DNA of 64,000 nt from Sedimentisphaerales bacterium. GTDB lineage: Bacteria; Planctomycetota; Phycisphaerae; Sedimentisphaerales; SM23-30. A program made the position numbers and the translations under genes. Numbering within the stretch: position 1 is the stretch's first letter; each line of letters begins with the position of its first letter. This document shows, in pieces, positions 62,031 to 64,000 of this stretch. The stretch covers positions 1 to 64,000 of the forward strand of contig CAXXFK010000041.1 of NCBI GenBank assembly GCA_963663965.2, given 5' to 3'. The notes beneath the pieces are model-generated. The model was not told the DNA's origin and searched no databases. It saw nothing but the letters and a program-made list of their open reading frames with translations.

Positions 62031-63107
62031 TTGTATAATGTGACGATGATACGCGGAGATGGTATCGGACCTGAAATCGCGGAAGCAACGATGCGCTGTG
62101 TGGACGCGACGGGCGCCAAGATCAACTGGGATATCCAGGAAGCGGGCGTGGATGTGATGGAGACGGCCGGTACGCCGCTGCCGGAGGCGACGCTGCAATC
62201 GATCGAAAAAACTGACGCGGCGATCAAGGCTCCGATTACGACCCCGGTGGGGACGGGATTTCGCAGTATCAATGTGCATCTTCGTCAGCATTTTGATTTG
62301 TATTCCTGTTTGAGGCCATGTAAAAGCTATGAAGGGGTTCGGAGCAAATATGATGCCATCGATCTGGTACTTGTGCGCGAGAATACGGAAGACTGTTATG
62401 CCGGCATCGAATTTCAAAAAGGAGATGACGAAACGCTGGAACTGATCGGCTGGATCAACCAGCACAGCAAACGTCAGATCGGGCCGAACGCGGGCATTAC
62501 CATTAAGCCGATTTCGGTGGAAGGGACGGACCGGATTGTGCGTTTTGCGTTCGATTACGCGCGGGCCAACGGCCGCCAAAAGGTGACGAGCGTCCATAAG
62601 GCGAATATAATGAAGCATACGGACGGGTTGTTTCTGGAGGTGAGCCGTCAGGTGGCGAAGGATTATCCGGATATTGAATTTGAGGATCGGATTGTCGACA
62701 ATATGTGTATGCAACTGGTGCAGAAGCCTGAGTTGTATGATGTGATTGTATTGCCGAATTTGTATGGCGATATATTGAGTGATCTGTGCGCGGGCCTGGT
62801 TGGCGGTCTGGGAATGGCTCCGGGCGCCAATATTGGCAAGGATAAGGCGATCTTCGAGGCGACGCATGGCAGCGCGCCGAAATACAAGGGGCAGAACAAG
62901 GTGAATCCGACGGCTCTGATCCTGTCGGCGATGCTGATGCTGCGTCATCTGGAATTGCGTGAAGAAGCGGATCGCCTGGAAAACGCGGTGGCGGCGGTGA
63001 TCGCGGAAGGCAAGGATGTGACGTATGATATGAAGCTGGATCGTAACGATCCGACCGCTGTGGGTACGAGCCAGATGGCCGACGCGATAATCGCGAAGAT
63101 GAAATAG
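62031..63107 (+). CDS. icd: Isocitrate/isopropylmalate dehydrogenase family, probably NAD-dependent isocitrate dehydrogenase
   Basis: [58 protein letters not shown] start after GGAGGT. Confidence 0.85.
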   Translation: MYNVTMIRGDGIGPEIAEATMRCVDATGAKINWDIQEAGVDVMETAGTPLPEATLQSIEKTDAAIKAPITTPVGTGFRSINVHLRQHFDLYSCLRPCKSYEGVRSKYDAIDLVLVRENTEDCYAGIEFQKGDDETLELIGWINQHSKRQIGPNAGITIKPISVEGTDRIVRFAFDYARANGRQKVTSVHKANIMKHTDGLFLEVSRQVAKDYPDIEFEDRIVDNMCMQLVQKPELYDVIVLPNLYGDILSDLCAGLVGGLGMAPGANIGKDKAIFEATHGSAPKYKGQNKVNPTALILSAMLMLRHLELREEADRLENAVAAVIAEGKDVTYDMKLDRNDPTAVGTSQMADAIIAKMK

Positions 63108-63152
63108 GCAACTGGAGTCGAACTGCCGCGGGGCAGGATAGATGGAATAAAA

Positions 63153-63189
63153 CGCGGGGGAACGAGAATCTCCCGCGATTTTTTATTTT
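63153..63189 (+). terminator. Putative terminator after icd
   Basis: CGCGGGGGA / TCTCCCGCG stem followed by T-rich run. Confidence 0.7.
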
Positions 63190-63217
63190 GGGTTCGTCCC
63201 CAAAAAGCGGGCGTAGT

Positions 63218-64000
63218 ATGGCATCGATGCGTATCAGGCAAATCATGAGTGGCGAGGCAACCGGGTGGGGAGCGGATATGACCCGTATGCTGCTGGGGGG
63301 CGCGGCGGGATGGTATAGCCGGATCATCAGGGTACGTAATCGCAATTATGATGCGGGGAAGGGGGTGTTTCGATTGGAGGCGCCGGTGGTGAGTGTGGGG
63401 AATATTACTGCCGGAGGGACAGGAAAAACTCCGATGGTGATCTGGCTGGCGAAGGCGTTGCGGGCGATGGGGCGCAGGCCGGCGATTCTGTCGAGAGGGT
63501 ATGGCGATCAGCAGGGCTGGAATGATGAGAACCGGTTGTTGAAGACGCTGCTGCCTGATGTTCCGGTGGTGATTGACAGCGACCGGGTGGCTGGTGGGCA
63601 GCGGGCTATCGCCGAGGCTGGGGCGGATCTGTTGATTCTGGATGATGGTTTTCAACATCGGCGGCTGGGGCGGGATCTGGATATGGTATTGATTGACGCA
63701 ACCTGTCCGTTTGGATATGGTTATGTCTTGCCGCGAGGATTGTTGCGTGAGCCGGTTGAGAACCTGAGGCGGGCGGGGCTGATTGTTATTACCCGCAGTG
63801 ATATGATCGACGCGGATGAGCTTGAAAAGCTGGAAGAAAAAATTGCAGAAGTAGCGGGGCAGGCGGTTCCGATCCTTCATGCGGTCCATCAGCCGGTTGA
63901 TCTGGTGGGTGAGGCCGGTGAGAAGGCTTTGGGTGAACTGGCGGGAAAAAAGGTGCTGGCGTTTTGTACGATTGGAAATGCCGGGGCGTTTGCTCAGCAG
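63218..64000 (+). CDS. lpxK: Tetraacyldisaccharide 4'-kinase (runs off window end)
   Basis: Manual translation: VVSVGNITAGGTGKTP, ILSRGYG, LILDDGFQHRRL, LPRGLLRE. Confidence 0.92.
   Translation, partial: MASMRIRQIMSGEATGWGADMTRMLLGGAAGWYSRIIRVRNRNYDAGKGVFRLEAPVVSVGNITAGGTGKTPMVIWLAKALRAMGRRPAILSRGYGDQQGWNDENRLLKTLLPDVPVVIDSDRVAGGQRAIAEAGADLLILDDGFQHRRLGRDLDMVLIDATCPFGYGYVLPRGLLREPVENLRRAGLIVITRSDMIDADELEKLEEKIAEVAGQAVPILHAVHQPVDLVGEAGEKALGELAGKKVLAFCTIGNAGAFAQQ

Noticed and set aside
61944..63889. Long minus-strand ORFs (334, 280, 314 aa)
   Set aside because: Antisense shadows of icd and lpxK favoured by skewed composition

Overview
Chromosomal segment of an anaerobic Gram-negative bacterium, most likely Planctomycetota/Phycisphaerae (Sedimentisphaerales-like). 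This is inferred from a LEPR-XLL protein, several secreted proteins with dockerin-like tails, lpxK and [FeFe]-hydrogenases. Housekeeping blocks are DUF485-actP-like, serS, aroF, tRNA-Arg(TCT); ffh-rpsP-trmD-rplS-yraN-tatD-DAC-guaA-dUTPase; rex-hydCBA-hydS-phosphatase; and icd-lpxK. They alternate with accessory blocks of large secreted proteins and a surface-glycan cluster. The most unusual signal is two repeat-dense modules in inverted orientation (about 28.6-30.4 kb on +, about 54.6-56.9 kb on -). They share a ~170-bp repeat unit, an AAAC(G/A)AA(G/C)CCAA motif that also occurs inside the adjacent uncharacterised genes, and nested mini-palindromes. Both sit in DNA whose C/G strand skew follows module orientation. 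Other notable items are a stand-alone SRP M-domain paralog directly after ffh, an IdeS/Mac-like cysteine protease domain in a secreted protein, a HEPN-motif AT-rich gene, and a possible integrase remnant at tRNA-Arg. Four genes are split by single-base homopolymer indels, possibly assembly errors. All family calls are from motif recognition by eye; no searches were run.
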